Origin: a virus
Lineage: Duplodnaviria; Caudoviricetes
DNA length: 47,403 nucleotides
Direction: 5' to 3' (one strand)
IMG/VR virus record: IMGVR_UViG_3300012942_000065
Coordinates: 1 to 47,403 of that record
Every line of letters begins with the position of its first letter. Positions within the stretch are counted from its first letter, which is position 1. The position numbers and the translations under genes were made by a program. The notes under the pieces were generated by a model, which worked only from the letters and a program-made list of their open reading frames with translations, searched no databases and was not told where the DNA came from. Below are positions 1 to 8,352 of this stretch, in pieces.

Positions 1-78
1 CTGCATTCCCGGCTGCATTCCCGGCTGCATTCCCGGCTGCATTCCCGGCTGCATTCCCGGCTGCATTCCCGGCTGCAT
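1..78. repeat. Tandem 12-bp repeat (CTGCATTCCCGG)x6.5 encoding (MQPG)n in the SSB tail
   Basis: Directly visible; truncated by the window edge. Confidence 0.95.
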
Positions 79-741
79 CATGCCGGGCGTCGGTGCAGGC
101 ATTCCGGGCATATTGCCGCCGCCTGTCGGCGCTGTTGGCTGCAAGCTGGCACCGGGCGGCAACTGGTACTGCTGTCCGCCGAAATACTGGTTCGGATCGA
201 CCGCATTGCGCGACTGGATTTCGCTACCATAGCCGACAAGCTCGACGGCAACCGGGTTGATATAAAGCGACGGCGTGTCCGTCCCGGTGGCGACGTTCAC
301 CTTGGACGAAATGCCAACCACGACATAATCGCCGGTCTTGATCCCTTCGGGCGGAAGCTGATCATACATGCCGGTTTGCGGATTGCGCTTGTAAATCGGA
401 GGCGCGAAGCCATTCGAGATTGTCAACACATAACAACCCGCGTAGCCTTCGCGCAAATTGTAGGGTTGCCCGTTGCTGTCAACGCCGTCGCCGTCAACGT
501 ATTTCCAGCTAAAGCGCGGCGGGACGCCTTGCGGGTATCCTGTCGCGGCTTCGGCGGCCATATGCGGCCAACTGTCCTGTTGAAATTCGCCTTTCGGGAA
601 CGCAACACCGAAAGCCGCTTGCTGGACGGGCTTGCCATCCTTCAAAACGGTCTGTTTCGTGCGCGGGTCTTTGCGATCCTGCATCTTGCTCGGGTGTCCC
701 CAAACGACGCGTCCCACGCGTGTTTTCCATTCTGTCGGCAT
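1..741 (-). CDS. Single-stranded DNA-binding protein (T7 gp2.5/DUF2815-like), 3' end runs off the window
   Basis: Not in ORF track because it has no stop. Hand translation from ATG 741: MPTEWKTRVGRVVWGHP...FSWKYVDGD...GIKTGDYVVV...PSLYINPVAVELVGYGSEI, then a P/G/M/Q tail. Next to the nuclease gene as in related phages. Confidence 0.65.
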   Translation of the reverse strand, partial: MPTEWKTRVGRVVWGHPSKMQDRKDPRTKQTVLKDGKPVQQAAFGVAFPKGEFQQDSWPHMAAEAATGYPQGVPPRFSWKYVDGDGVDSNGQPYNLREGYAGCYVLTISNGFAPPIYKRNPQTGMYDQLPPEGIKTGDYVVVGISSKVNVATGTDTPSLYINPVAVELVGYGSEIQSRNAVDPNQYFGGQQYQLPPGASLQPTAPTGGGNMPGMPAPTPGMMQPGMQPGMQPGMQPGMQPGMQPGMQ

Positions 742-768
742 ATCTCATTTTCCCTTTGTTATGTGTGT

Positions 769-1155
769 TTATTCCGTGATTTCCGGCATCGGAATTTTAA
801 GTTCTTCGCATATTCTGCGCAGACTATTGATGTTGTATTTACGTTCTCTCGCTTCATGGCGCGTTGTCGCGCTTGCGATATGCGCCTTAACCCCTTCCTT
901 TTTCAAAACGCCGATGCGAACCATTCCGTATAGCACAGCTTGCGTGAAATCATCAAGCCCGTAGTTCATAACAGCCCATTTGCCATTAACCGAATGACGT
1001 TGCCCGGCAACGGTAAACGAGCCGTCCGAAAGCTCGATAATTGCCGATGTTTCGGAAATGAACAAAATGCGTTTCGCATCAAGCACAGCGCCTTTCTTCG
1101 GAAGCTTCCACCGAATATTTTCAATTTCGGCAACTTCGCTTAGAATTGTTCCCAT
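769..1155 (-). CDS. Hypothetical protein
   Basis: GGAGG RBS before ATG 1155; sits between nuclease and SSB genes. Confidence 0.7.
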   Translation of the reverse strand: MGTILSEVAEIENIRWKLPKKGAVLDAKRILFISETSAIIELSDGSFTVAGQRHSVNGKWAVMNYGLDDFTQAVLYGMVRIGVLKKEGVKAHIASATTRHEARERKYNINSLRRICEELKIPMPEITE

Positions 1156-1156
1156 G

Positions 1157-2239
1157 TCATTTACCTCCGAAAATTCTTTGCGCTTTTTTGTTCGCGTCAA
1201 CACGCACAAGTTTCACGCCGGTTTCTCGACGCTCGGCAAACGCATTCATCGTTTCTTTGCTTATGCCAAGTCGTTCGGCTTGCGCTGGCGTGATCATGTC
1301 TTTTTTCGACACGTCTTTGCCGGTCATCATCATCACCATGTCAGCGGTGACGCCGTTACGCCAAACACGATTGGTTAGCTGCGTCTCGATACCGTAGTTC
1401 GCAATCACTTTGCCGTTGCGCAGCCGATGTTTGGCAAGTTCTTCAAGCGCTTCATTGCGATTTTTCAAAAGCATTTGAGCGCGAGAAATCAAATCAAGAT
1501 CGTGCGCAAGTGTGGCGTCGTCCATTTCTTCCGTGTGAAGCGCTTCGGACGCGTCGATAGCGTTATACATTGCCGCGATTGCAGCCGGGCAATGCGTGAT
1601 CGCCGGGCATTTCGCGCAATGCGGACCCGTGTTCAACTTGTCGGCGGGAGCGCCAAGCGCATTCGCGAGCGTGTGATAATGCGTCATCAACTCGTCATAG
1701 GAAATGCGCCATTCGCGGGCTTTGCCGTCGCGATGATGCGGGCGCGGCTGATAGATCGTCAACACGATTTCACGCGGCGCAATTTGCTTTGCGATGCAAT
1801 ACCCGATGGCGTGAGAGATCAGCGTCCAATTGCGTTCGGGTTCCGCGATGCGCCATCCGAACTTGAAATCGCCAACGCGTAAAGTTCCGGCATCGGCAAA
1901 ATATGCGATATGGTCCGCCCGACCGTTAACACACCATGTTTGCCCGGTGTAACTGGCGTCAACTTCCATGCTTCCACCGGGTGCCGGCAATTGCGACAAA
2001 TACCATTCGATATGTTCGACCATTTCGGGCGTGATGAATACGCCATTCGGTGCTTTACGGTCTGCAAGTTCTTCAAACGTGCTTGTTCCCCGATAAACCT
2101 GCAATGCGAGCCAATGTGCCGCCGTTCCTTCGTCGCGTGCCGTGCTGTCATCAACGTGTGGCGGGCGCTGATCCATCATCTTCGATGAACCATTGCATTG
2201 CATGAAACGCGGCAATTCGTCGGCGGTTATGGTGAGCAT
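1157..2239 (-). CDS. PD-(D/E)XK Cas4-like exonuclease (DUF2800-like)
   Basis: N-terminal Cys, EGTAAH, GRAD...DFKFG catalytic motif, HCAKCPAITHC cysteine cluster. Confidence 0.8.
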   Translation of the reverse strand: MLTITADELPRFMQCNGSSKMMDQRPPHVDDSTARDEGTAAHWLALQVYRGTSTFEELADRKAPNGVFITPEMVEHIEWYLSQLPAPGGSMEVDASYTGQTWCVNGRADHIAYFADAGTLRVGDFKFGWRIAEPERNWTLISHAIGYCIAKQIAPREIVLTIYQPRPHHRDGKAREWRISYDELMTHYHTLANALGAPADKLNTGPHCAKCPAITHCPAAIAAMYNAIDASEALHTEEMDDATLAHDLDLISRAQMLLKNRNEALEELAKHRLRNGKVIANYGIETQLTNRVWRNGVTADMVMMMTGKDVSKKDMITPAQAERLGISKETMNAFAERRETGVKLVRVDANKKAQRIFGGK

Positions 2240-2261
2240 TGCAGGCTTTCCGGTTGTCTAG

Positions 2262-3026
2262 TTACTGCCAACGACCATCGGCGGCGATGACCTTAACAGC
2301 GTATTCGATCATCTGCGGGTCATTCTGGATATCGGTGATCGCCGACAACTGCCTGCCAAACGCGGTGCTAAGTGTCTGGACGACTGTTGCGAGATATGCG
2401 CCATCGATAAACGGATTGCCGTTGGCATCCCGACGCTGCATCCCTGCCGTTAGGCCCTGCATGAAGCCCTGAAAGTCAATGCCAGCGGGCGGCATCGGCA
2501 TCGGCGGCGGCGGTGCCGGCATGGCCTGCGGCATCTGCGGAACCTGCGGTTGCGGCACATATGTCGGCGCGACAGGTGCGGGCGGCAACGGCTGCGGTGT
2601 GTAAACAGGCTGGACCGCCGCGACAGGTGCTGGCATGGCCTGCGGAACCTGCGGCTGCTGCATGACCGGCTGGACCGGCGCAACGGTTGTCGCCGGCTGT
2701 TGCACGCGCGCTCGCAATTCCGCTTCAACCTGCGAAACAAGCTGATCGGTCACGCCACGCTTTTTGCGCCAGACGCCTTTTGTGGTGATCTTTGCCGGCT
2801 CGCTATGAATGCGGTTATCATGCGGCAGGCCGTCGCCGTCGAGCGCACCGACAACGGCAGGCGTATCGCTGCTTTCGTCGCCATCATCGCCGGCCGTGGC
2901 GGGCATGGGCGGAATGACGGCGGTTGACATCGACGCGGACGCCGCCCGGCTCACAGCGCCAAGCGCAGCGAACACTTGGGCAAGTTCCTCACCGGAGGCG
3001 TCCTTAATTACAAGATCGAATTTCAT
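2262..3026 (-). CDS. Pro/Gln-rich hypothetical protein of the replication module
   Basis: GGAG RBS before ATG 3026; DGLPHDNRIHS...WRKKRGV core followed by long P/Q/A/V low-complexity region. Confidence 0.75.
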   Translation of the reverse strand: MKFDLVIKDASGEELAQVFAALGAVSRAASASMSTAVIPPMPATAGDDGDESSDTPAVVGALDGDGLPHDNRIHSEPAKITTKGVWRKKRGVTDQLVSQVEAELRARVQQPATTVAPVQPVMQQPQVPQAMPAPVAAVQPVYTPQPLPPAPVAPTYVPQPQVPQMPQAMPAPPPPMPMPPAGIDFQGFMQGLTAGMQRRDANGNPFIDGAYLATVVQTLSTAFGRQLSAITDIQNDPQMIEYAVKVIAADGRWQ

Positions 3027-3074
3027 GTACGTTACTCCATCTAGTGCTAATTTGGGATTTGACCCTAAGCCGTC

Positions 3075-3103
3075 TTGACAATGTGTGTCAATCATAATTT
3101 AAC
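3075..3103. promoter_or_regulatory. Overlapping divergent sigma70-type promoters
   Basis: TTGACA-N5-TGTCAA inverted -35 pair at 3075-3091 in the gap between divergent genes. Confidence 0.5.
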
Positions 3104-3136
3104 AACGTGGTCAAAAAATTAACAGGGGTTGCCGGT

Positions 3137-3751
3137 ATGGAAATCAAGCTTCCGTGTGAAACATACGTGCGATTGAGCAAAATTGCAGCAATTGCACCGG
3201 ACGATTTTAAGTCAATCTATATCGAGCGCAAGAACGGGATTACCGTAGCAATTGCTACAAACCGATATATTGCAGCAATCGAACGTTTGCCGGATGCGAA
3301 CGAAGATGGATCGGTTTTGCTCTTGTTCGATCCGGTCTTGCTCACGCAATGTGAAGCAGAAACGCAATTCAACGGCAATCTTGAAATTGTCGTCAATTCA
3401 ATGTTGCAATTCGCCAGCGCAAAAACAAGCTTCGGTTTCAGCTATCCCGGCAATGTAAGCTTGCCTGATGTATCGCCCGAATGGGAACGCTGGCGCAATT
3501 GGCTTCCCGATGCTCCCGCCGCTGCATCTGTCGGCGGCATGTTTTGGGGAGAAAACAACATTGCTGCGCTAAGCAGTTCCGCACCGTCCGGGAAAGTTGT
3601 CTTTCCTCAATTTATCGATTGCAGCAAGCCTGTCATTATTCGCGATCACATTGATGAAAAATGGCTCGGCTTGTTCATGCCGCTTGTTCATACCGATGAA
3701 GGCAAAACCGTCCAATGTGACGGCGCAACATTGCCCGGATGGCTGAAATGA
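3137..3751 (+). CDS. Putative DNA polymerase III beta-clamp-like protein
   Basis: SIYIE...VAIATNRYIAA resembles the clamp motif (hhATDGHRh); F-S-Y-P...W..W region; replication context. Confidence 0.45.
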   Translation: MEIKLPCETYVRLSKIAAIAPDDFKSIYIERKNGITVAIATNRYIAAIERLPDANEDGSVLLLFDPVLLTQCEAETQFNGNLEIVVNSMLQFASAKTSFGFSYPGNVSLPDVSPEWERWRNWLPDAPAAASVGGMFWGENNIAALSSSAPSGKVVFPQFIDCSKPVIIRDHIDEKWLGLFMPLVHTDEGKTVQCDGATLPGWLK

Positions 3752-3921
3752 TCATTTTCTATGCTTTCATCGTCGCGTGGGTTGCGTATGAGCTTGCGCG
3801 CTGCTTCAATATGCTTGTTTGCATGTATCTCGCGTTCGGCCATTGGCGAGAGGATCGGAAACGGTTTTTTCGCCAACATGCATCATATGCGGAATGGGTT
3901 GCATACATTTGGAGGATTTGA
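3748..3921 (+). CDS. Small membrane protein
   Basis: ATGA overlap with upstream stop; hydrophobic N-terminus. Confidence 0.5.
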   Translation: MIIFYAFIVAWVAYELARCFNMLVCMYLAFGHWREDRKRFFRQHASYAEWVAYIWRI

Positions 3922-3923
3922 CG

Positions 3924-4415
3924 ATGTATTATGCCGGCATCGGATCGCGAGAAACGCCGGGCGCTGTTTGCGCTCGGATGCAGCAATACGGATGGCAGTT
4001 CGCGAAGCACGGCTTTACGCTTCGGAGTGGTCGAGCAATCGGCGCTGATAGCGCGTTTGAACTAGGGCGCGACAGTGCGTTAATGGGCGAGCTTGCGCGC
4101 AAGGAAATATACACGGCAGACGACGCGAAACGCAATCCGCATTGGCTTGAGCATGCCGCGTTGTTCCATCCCGCATGGGAAAAATGTTCGCCATATGCAA
4201 AACTTTTACATGGGCGTAATTCGGCGGTTATTCTCGGACCATATTTGAATGGCCCGGTTGATTTCGTGTTATGCTGGACGAAAGACGGTAAGGCAACGGG
4301 CGGAACCGGGCAAGCTTTGCGTGTTGCCGCGTCGAAGAACATTCCGGTGTTCAACCTGTTCGATGCAGATTGCGAACAGCGTTTGCAGCGTTGGCTAGGT
4401 GAGGCAATGCGATGA
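3924..4415 (+). CDS. SLOG/DprA-like nucleotide-binding protein
   Basis: YAGIGSRETP, LRSGRAIGADSAFE, RNSAVILG, GGTGQALRVA...IPVFNL motifs; GGAGG RBS. Confidence 0.75.
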   Translation: MYYAGIGSRETPGAVCARMQQYGWQFAKHGFTLRSGRAIGADSAFELGRDSALMGELARKEIYTADDAKRNPHWLEHAALFHPAWEKCSPYAKLLHGRNSAVILGPYLNGPVDFVLCWTKDGKATGGTGQALRVAASKNIPVFNLFDADCEQRLQRWLGEAMR

Positions 4416-4834
4416 AACCCGTGCATTGTCTTGTTGCGACAGACGAAGAAAAAGGAACACACGGCGATTGCGTTCGCGCGTGTGTTGCCTCCATTCTCGA
4501 ATTGCCGGCCGAAGATGTTCCGCATTTCTTCCACGATGGCGATGCGGAAGCCGGGCATGCTCGCCTGTCTGAATGGTTAAGCGGCAAAGAGGGCGGGCTT
4601 GCGCCTTTCTATGTTGCATACAACGGCAACAGCTTGTTAATTGATATACTTGTCGGGCAGGATCAAAATAATCCGAATGCGCATTATATGCTTTTCGGCA
4701 AGACTGCGGAAGGTGAGCCGCATTGCGTTGTTTGCAAGGGCGGTGAAATCGTCTATAATCCGGCTTGGATACAATCGAAAATTGTTGCTCCCATTGATGA
4801 TTATTGGCTAATTCTGGTGATTGCTGTAAAATGA
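4412..4834 (+). CDS. Hypothetical protein with possible papain/C39-like Cys-His-Asn arrangement
   Basis: GDCVRACVASIL ... HCVV ... YNP; ATGA-coupled on both sides. Confidence 0.55.
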   Translation: MKPVHCLVATDEEKGTHGDCVRACVASILELPAEDVPHFFHDGDAEAGHARLSEWLSGKEGGLAPFYVAYNGNSLLIDILVGQDQNNPNAHYMLFGKTAEGEPHCVVCKGGEIVYNPAWIQSKIVAPIDDYWLILVIAVK

Positions 4835-6489
4835 CCGATCCGCGCGACATATATCAATCGCAAATGGAAGCAGAAATTGAAGCAGGATGGCAAAACGGCA
4901 AAAGCAATATGCTTGCTGTCTTGCCGACTGGCGGCGGTAAATCTGTCATTGTCTCACGCATCGCATATAAGAAAAACTTGTTAGGTGCCAAGCAAGCGAT
5001 TATCGCGCATCGCAATGAACTTGTTTCGCAGTTGTCCATGCATATTGCCGAACGCGGCATCAAACATCGTATTATCGGGCCGAAACAAACTGTTGCAGCG
5101 ATCATAAGCAAGCATCGCGCGGCTTTCAACGGATATTCATTTGTCAACCCGACTGCCAACGCAAGCGTTGCCGGCATTGACACGCTCATTTCGCGCAAAG
5201 ATGATTTGGCAGATTGGGCGAAACAACAAGATTATTGGACGATTGACGAAGCGCATCACGTTTTGCGCGAAAATAAATGGGGAACAGGCGTCGAAATGTT
5301 CCCGAACGCTCTAGGTTTGGGCGTTACCGCATCGCCTCGACGTGGCGACCGCAAAGGGCTTGGCGCGCATCATGACGGCGTATTTCATGCAATGGTGCTC
5401 GGACCGGATCAGCGCACATTGATCGACATGGGCGCGCTGTCCGATTATGAAATAGCCATTCCTGAAACTGATTTTGAGATTGACGAGGAAGACGTTTCCG
5501 AGAGCGGCGATTTCTCGCCGAAGAAAATGCGCGCCGCATCTGACAAGTCAAGGCTTGTTGGCGATGTCGTTACAGAATACATAAAACGTGCATTCGGTAA
5601 ACGCGCAATTTGCTTTGCAATCGACGTTAAGGACGCAACCGACATTGCAAACCGCTTTAATGCGTTCGGCATTCCGGCCGCTGCGGTATCCGCGAAAACT
5701 CCGTCAACCGTTCGTGATGACATGGTTCAACGCTTCAAGGACGGCCGAATATGGGCGCTTGTCAACGTTGATTTGTTTGGCGAAGGCTTTGACGTTCCCG
5801 CGTGTGAAATCGTGATTATGGCGCGGCCAACCGCATCGCTTGCCGTCTATTTGCAACAATTCGGCCGTGCGCTTCGCATCCTCCCCGGTAAGGAATTTGG
5901 TCTTATCGTCGATCATGTCAGCAACTGGAAACGACACGGTTTCCCCGACAAGCCGCATCATTGGACACTCGACCGACAAGACAAACGCGCGAAACGCGAG
6001 CGCGACCCGGAAGACGTACCATTGACAGCTTGCCGCGCCTGTAGCCGTCCATATGAGCGGTTTTATACGTGTTGCCCGTATTGCGGCGCGGTTCCACCGT
6101 TGCCAGCGCCAGCGGAACGCACAATTGAAATGGTTGAAGGCGATCTTGTGTTGCTCGACCGCGCCAAACTCGACGAAATGCGCAAGGCGATCTTGCTGCC
6201 GACGCCGGCCGATGTCGCCAACCGTGCCGCGTTTGTCGCTGGCAAAGCGGCCGGCGCGTTCCAAGCGGACAAGGCGATTGAGAAAATACAGGCGCAAACA
6301 CGGCTGAAAGATGCTATCAGTCAATGGGCCGGAATTCAGCGTTACAAAGGACGTGGCGACCGCGAAAGCTATCGTCGCTTTTACTTGGCAACCGGGCTCG
6401 ACGTGTTAGGCGCTTTAAGCAAAGATTTGTCGCGACAAGATTATGAGACGCTTGCAATCAAAGTGGAGGGGTGGTGCCATGATCACTAA
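4831..6489 (+). CDS. SF2 DEAH-box helicase with C-terminal Zn finger
   Basis: LPTGGGKS, DEAHH, TAS, QQFGRALR, CxxC...CPYC. Confidence 0.92.
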   Translation: MTDPRDIYQSQMEAEIEAGWQNGKSNMLAVLPTGGGKSVIVSRIAYKKNLLGAKQAIIAHRNELVSQLSMHIAERGIKHRIIGPKQTVAAIISKHRAAFNGYSFVNPTANASVAGIDTLISRKDDLADWAKQQDYWTIDEAHHVLRENKWGTGVEMFPNALGLGVTASPRRGDRKGLGAHHDGVFHAMVLGPDQRTLIDMGALSDYEIAIPETDFEIDEEDVSESGDFSPKKMRAASDKSRLVGDVVTEYIKRAFGKRAICFAIDVKDATDIANRFNAFGIPAAAVSAKTPSTVRDDMVQRFKDGRIWALVNVDLFGEGFDVPACEIVIMARPTASLAVYLQQFGRALRILPGKEFGLIVDHVSNWKRHGFPDKPHHWTLDRQDKRAKRERDPEDVPLTACRACSRPYERFYTCCPYCGAVPPLPAPAERTIEMVEGDLVLLDRAKLDEMRKAILLPTPADVANRAAFVAGKAAGAFQADKAIEKIQAQTRLKDAISQWAGIQRYKGRGDRESYRRFYLATGLDVLGALSKDLSRQDYETLAIKVEGWCHDH

Positions 6490-6724
6490 GCCGGAACACG
6501 AAACCGCATATCAGGATATCGCAAAGCTTGTCGGCAAACATGCTGACAAATTAACTGCACTCGAATTGCTCGCGGTTGCGGCAAATTTCGTCGGCAAACT
6601 TGTCGCGATGCAAGATCAACGCAGCGTTACGCCTAAAATGGCCATGACGATTGTTGAAAAAAATATGTTGCTCGGCAATCAACAAGTGATTGCAATGATA
6701 AACGAAACGAAAGGCAACGCATAA
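6479..6724 (+). CDS. Hypothetical protein
   Basis: GGAGG RBS, operonic packing. Confidence 0.65.
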   Translation: MITKPEHETAYQDIAKLVGKHADKLTALELLAVAANFVGKLVAMQDQRSVTPKMAMTIVEKNMLLGNQQVIAMINETKGNA

Positions 6725-7116
6725 TGGTTGCCGAAAGCGCGGTTCAAACGCAACAACGGCTTGAAGCCGCTCGCATGGGGCTTTTGCTGTATCGCAACAA
6801 TGTCGGCGCATGCGAAGATAAGACCGGGCGTTTGATACGCTACGGGCTGGCAAATGATAGCGCGGAACAAAATCGGCATATCAAGTCGAGCGATCTAATC
6901 GGCATGACAACGGTTGTCGTCACGTCCGATATGATCGGCCGGCGCGTGGCGGTATTCACGGCGGCCGAATGCAAGCGTTCCGACTGGCAATTTAGCCAAG
7001 CGGACGAAAGAGCTTGTGCGCAGTTGCGATTTCATGAGATTGTCCGGGCGGCAGGAGGTTTTGCCGGGTTTGTGCAGAAGCCGGGCGATCTACTCGCCAA
7101 CGTTTTAAGGTGGTGA
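6724..7116 (+). CDS. VRR-NUC domain nuclease
   Basis: ESAVQ, RNNVG, SSDLIG, ECK, AQLRF...GGFAG. Confidence 0.85.
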   Translation: MVAESAVQTQQRLEAARMGLLLYRNNVGACEDKTGRLIRYGLANDSAEQNRHIKSSDLIGMTTVVVTSDMIGRRVAVFTAAECKRSDWQFSQADERACAQLRFHEIVRAAGGFAGFVQKPGDLLANVLRW

Positions 7117-7117
7117 C

Positions 7118-7429
7118 ATGACAGGGGCAAATAAGACGCATGGCGAGCGCGTCAAGCTGCGAATTCTCGAAACAGGTGTTCGGTTATGGCTGCTTGATCC
7201 GGCGCTAGTCACGGCTCGCCGTATCGCTGCTGAAATGGGTATGACGCACGCGGCAGTTCTCTATCACTTCGGCACGTCCGCACGTCTCAAGGACGCCATT
7301 GCGGCTCATGCCGTCGAGCGTGGCGAGGCGCGCATTATCGGCCATTTGATCATGTCCGGTCATCGTGCCGTCAAGCACATGCCGTTCGCAGAGCGCGCCG
7401 CTTATTTGCGCGCTGCTGCGAGTGCGTAA
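7118..7429 (+). CDS. TetR-type HTH DNA-binding protein
   Basis: TARRIAAEMGMTHAAVLYHFG is a TetR N-terminal HTH signature. Confidence 0.8.
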   Translation: MTGANKTHGERVKLRILETGVRLWLLDPALVTARRIAAEMGMTHAAVLYHFGTSARLKDAIAAHAVERGEARIIGHLIMSGHRAVKHMPFAERAAYLRAAASA

Positions 7430-7431
7430 AG

Positions 7432-7450
7432 AGCGCCCGAAGGCGCTTAA
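7432..7450 (-). terminator. Cassette terminator copy 1 (AGCGCC-UUCG-GGCGCU)
   Basis: 19 nt AGCGCCCGAAGGCGCTTAA identical to copies at 7750-7768 and 26900-26918; lies between convergent genes. Confidence 0.8.
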
Positions 7451-7680
7451 TACTTGACTGATTTGCCGATATGGCCCGCAAGCTGCAAACCTGCGAGCTT
7501 GTTTTCCAAGCGGCAATAATTTTCATAATCCTCCGATGAATATTGATTGTAGTTTTCGCCATGATAGCGGGAAACGATGGCTTCCTTTTCGTCGAGTGTT
7601 TCGCGATATTCGACGCTGCAAGGCGTGTAGCCATTGCCGTTCGGCCAATCAATCACTCTGTTATGTTCAATCGCGCTCAT
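7447..7680 (-). CDS. Small cassette-borne hypothetical protein
   Basis: Bounded by repeated promoter and repeated terminator. Confidence 0.7.
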   Translation of the reverse strand: MSAIEHNRVIDWPNGNGYTPCSVEYRETLDEKEAIVSRYHGENYNQYSSEDYENYCRLENKLAGLQLAGHIGKSVKY

Positions 7681-7694
7681 GTCATTTATCCGAA

Positions 7695-7742
7695 GGCGTG
7701 ATTGCCTGCAACTGTTGTCGCATAATTCCTGATCACCGTCAA
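7695..7742 (-). promoter_or_regulatory. Repeated promoter/leader element copy 1
   Basis: Minus strand TTGACG-gtgatcaGGAATTAT-GCGACAAC-AGTTGCAGGCAATCACGCC. Confidence 0.8.
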
Positions 7743-7768
7743 ATAAAAAAGCGCCCGAAGGCGCTTAA
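7743..7768 (-). terminator. Cassette terminator copy 2 with U-tract
   Basis: Minus strand TTAAGCGCCTTCGGGCGCTTTTTTAT; overlaps stop codon and abuts next promoter. Confidence 0.85.
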
Positions 7769-7944
7769 AAGAAACCGTAATTTGCCTCACGCGATTTACG
7801 CAAAATTGCATTTTCCTTTTCCAAACGCGCTATATAAGCGATTTCCTTAGAAATCTGCGCTTCTGTATAACCGGCTGCGCGCAATTCGGCAATCATTTCG
7901 TTTTCGTCATACGATGCTTCGACAACATCAAAACGATCTTCCAT
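7765..7944 (-). CDS. Small acidic cassette-borne hypothetical protein
   Basis: MEDRFDVVEAS...; directly downstream of repeated promoter. Confidence 0.7.
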   Translation of the reverse strand: MEDRFDVVEASYDENEMIAELRAAGYTEAQISKEIAYIARLEKENAILRKSREANYGFF

Positions 7945-7959
7945 AGTCGTGTTTCCCGT

Positions 7960-8007
7960 GGCGTGATTGCCTGCAACTGTTGTCGCATAATTCCCGTTTA
8001 TCGTCAA
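7960..8007 (-). promoter_or_regulatory. Repeated promoter/leader element copy 2
   Basis: Near-identical to copy 1; -35 TTGACG overlaps the TGA stop of the upstream gene. Confidence 0.8.
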
Positions 8008-8345
8008 GCAGCTTCTTTCATTTCTGTCAATTCATATCCACGTTGAATTTCTTCGGGTGTCGCATAGCGCCAACGTCGAGAGAATGCGTCGTCATTCTTG
8101 TTCTGGACGTGCACGCGATATTTCTCAATCGACCGTTCTTCGTCGATCATGTCGCGCCAGAAACGGGCTATGATCGCCAAACGCGGTTGCTTCCCCTCGA
8201 ATGATACCCATACGACCGCGCCGGGCTTATAGGGCACGCTACGCATGAATTCCTTGCCGGGTTTCATGCGGTAATCGGTGTTGAAAAGCGTTGCGCCATA
8301 AAAATCAGGCGCAACGCTGTATGTGCTTACAGGGTATAAAAGCAT
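8004..8345 (-). CDS. Hypothetical protein
   Basis: GAGG RBS; 113 aa ORF. Confidence 0.7.
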   Translation of the reverse strand: MLLYPVSTYSVAPDFYGATLFNTDYRMKPGKEFMRSVPYKPGAVVWVSFEGKQPRLAIIARFWRDMIDEERSIEKYRVHVQNKNDDAFSRRWRYATPEEIQRGYELTEMKEAA

Positions 8346-8352
8346 TGTTTCC

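Noticed and set aside
1157-2239. Cas4-like nuclease as evidence of CRISPR-Cas
   Set aside because: Stand-alone phage replication/recombination exonuclease; no other cas genes.
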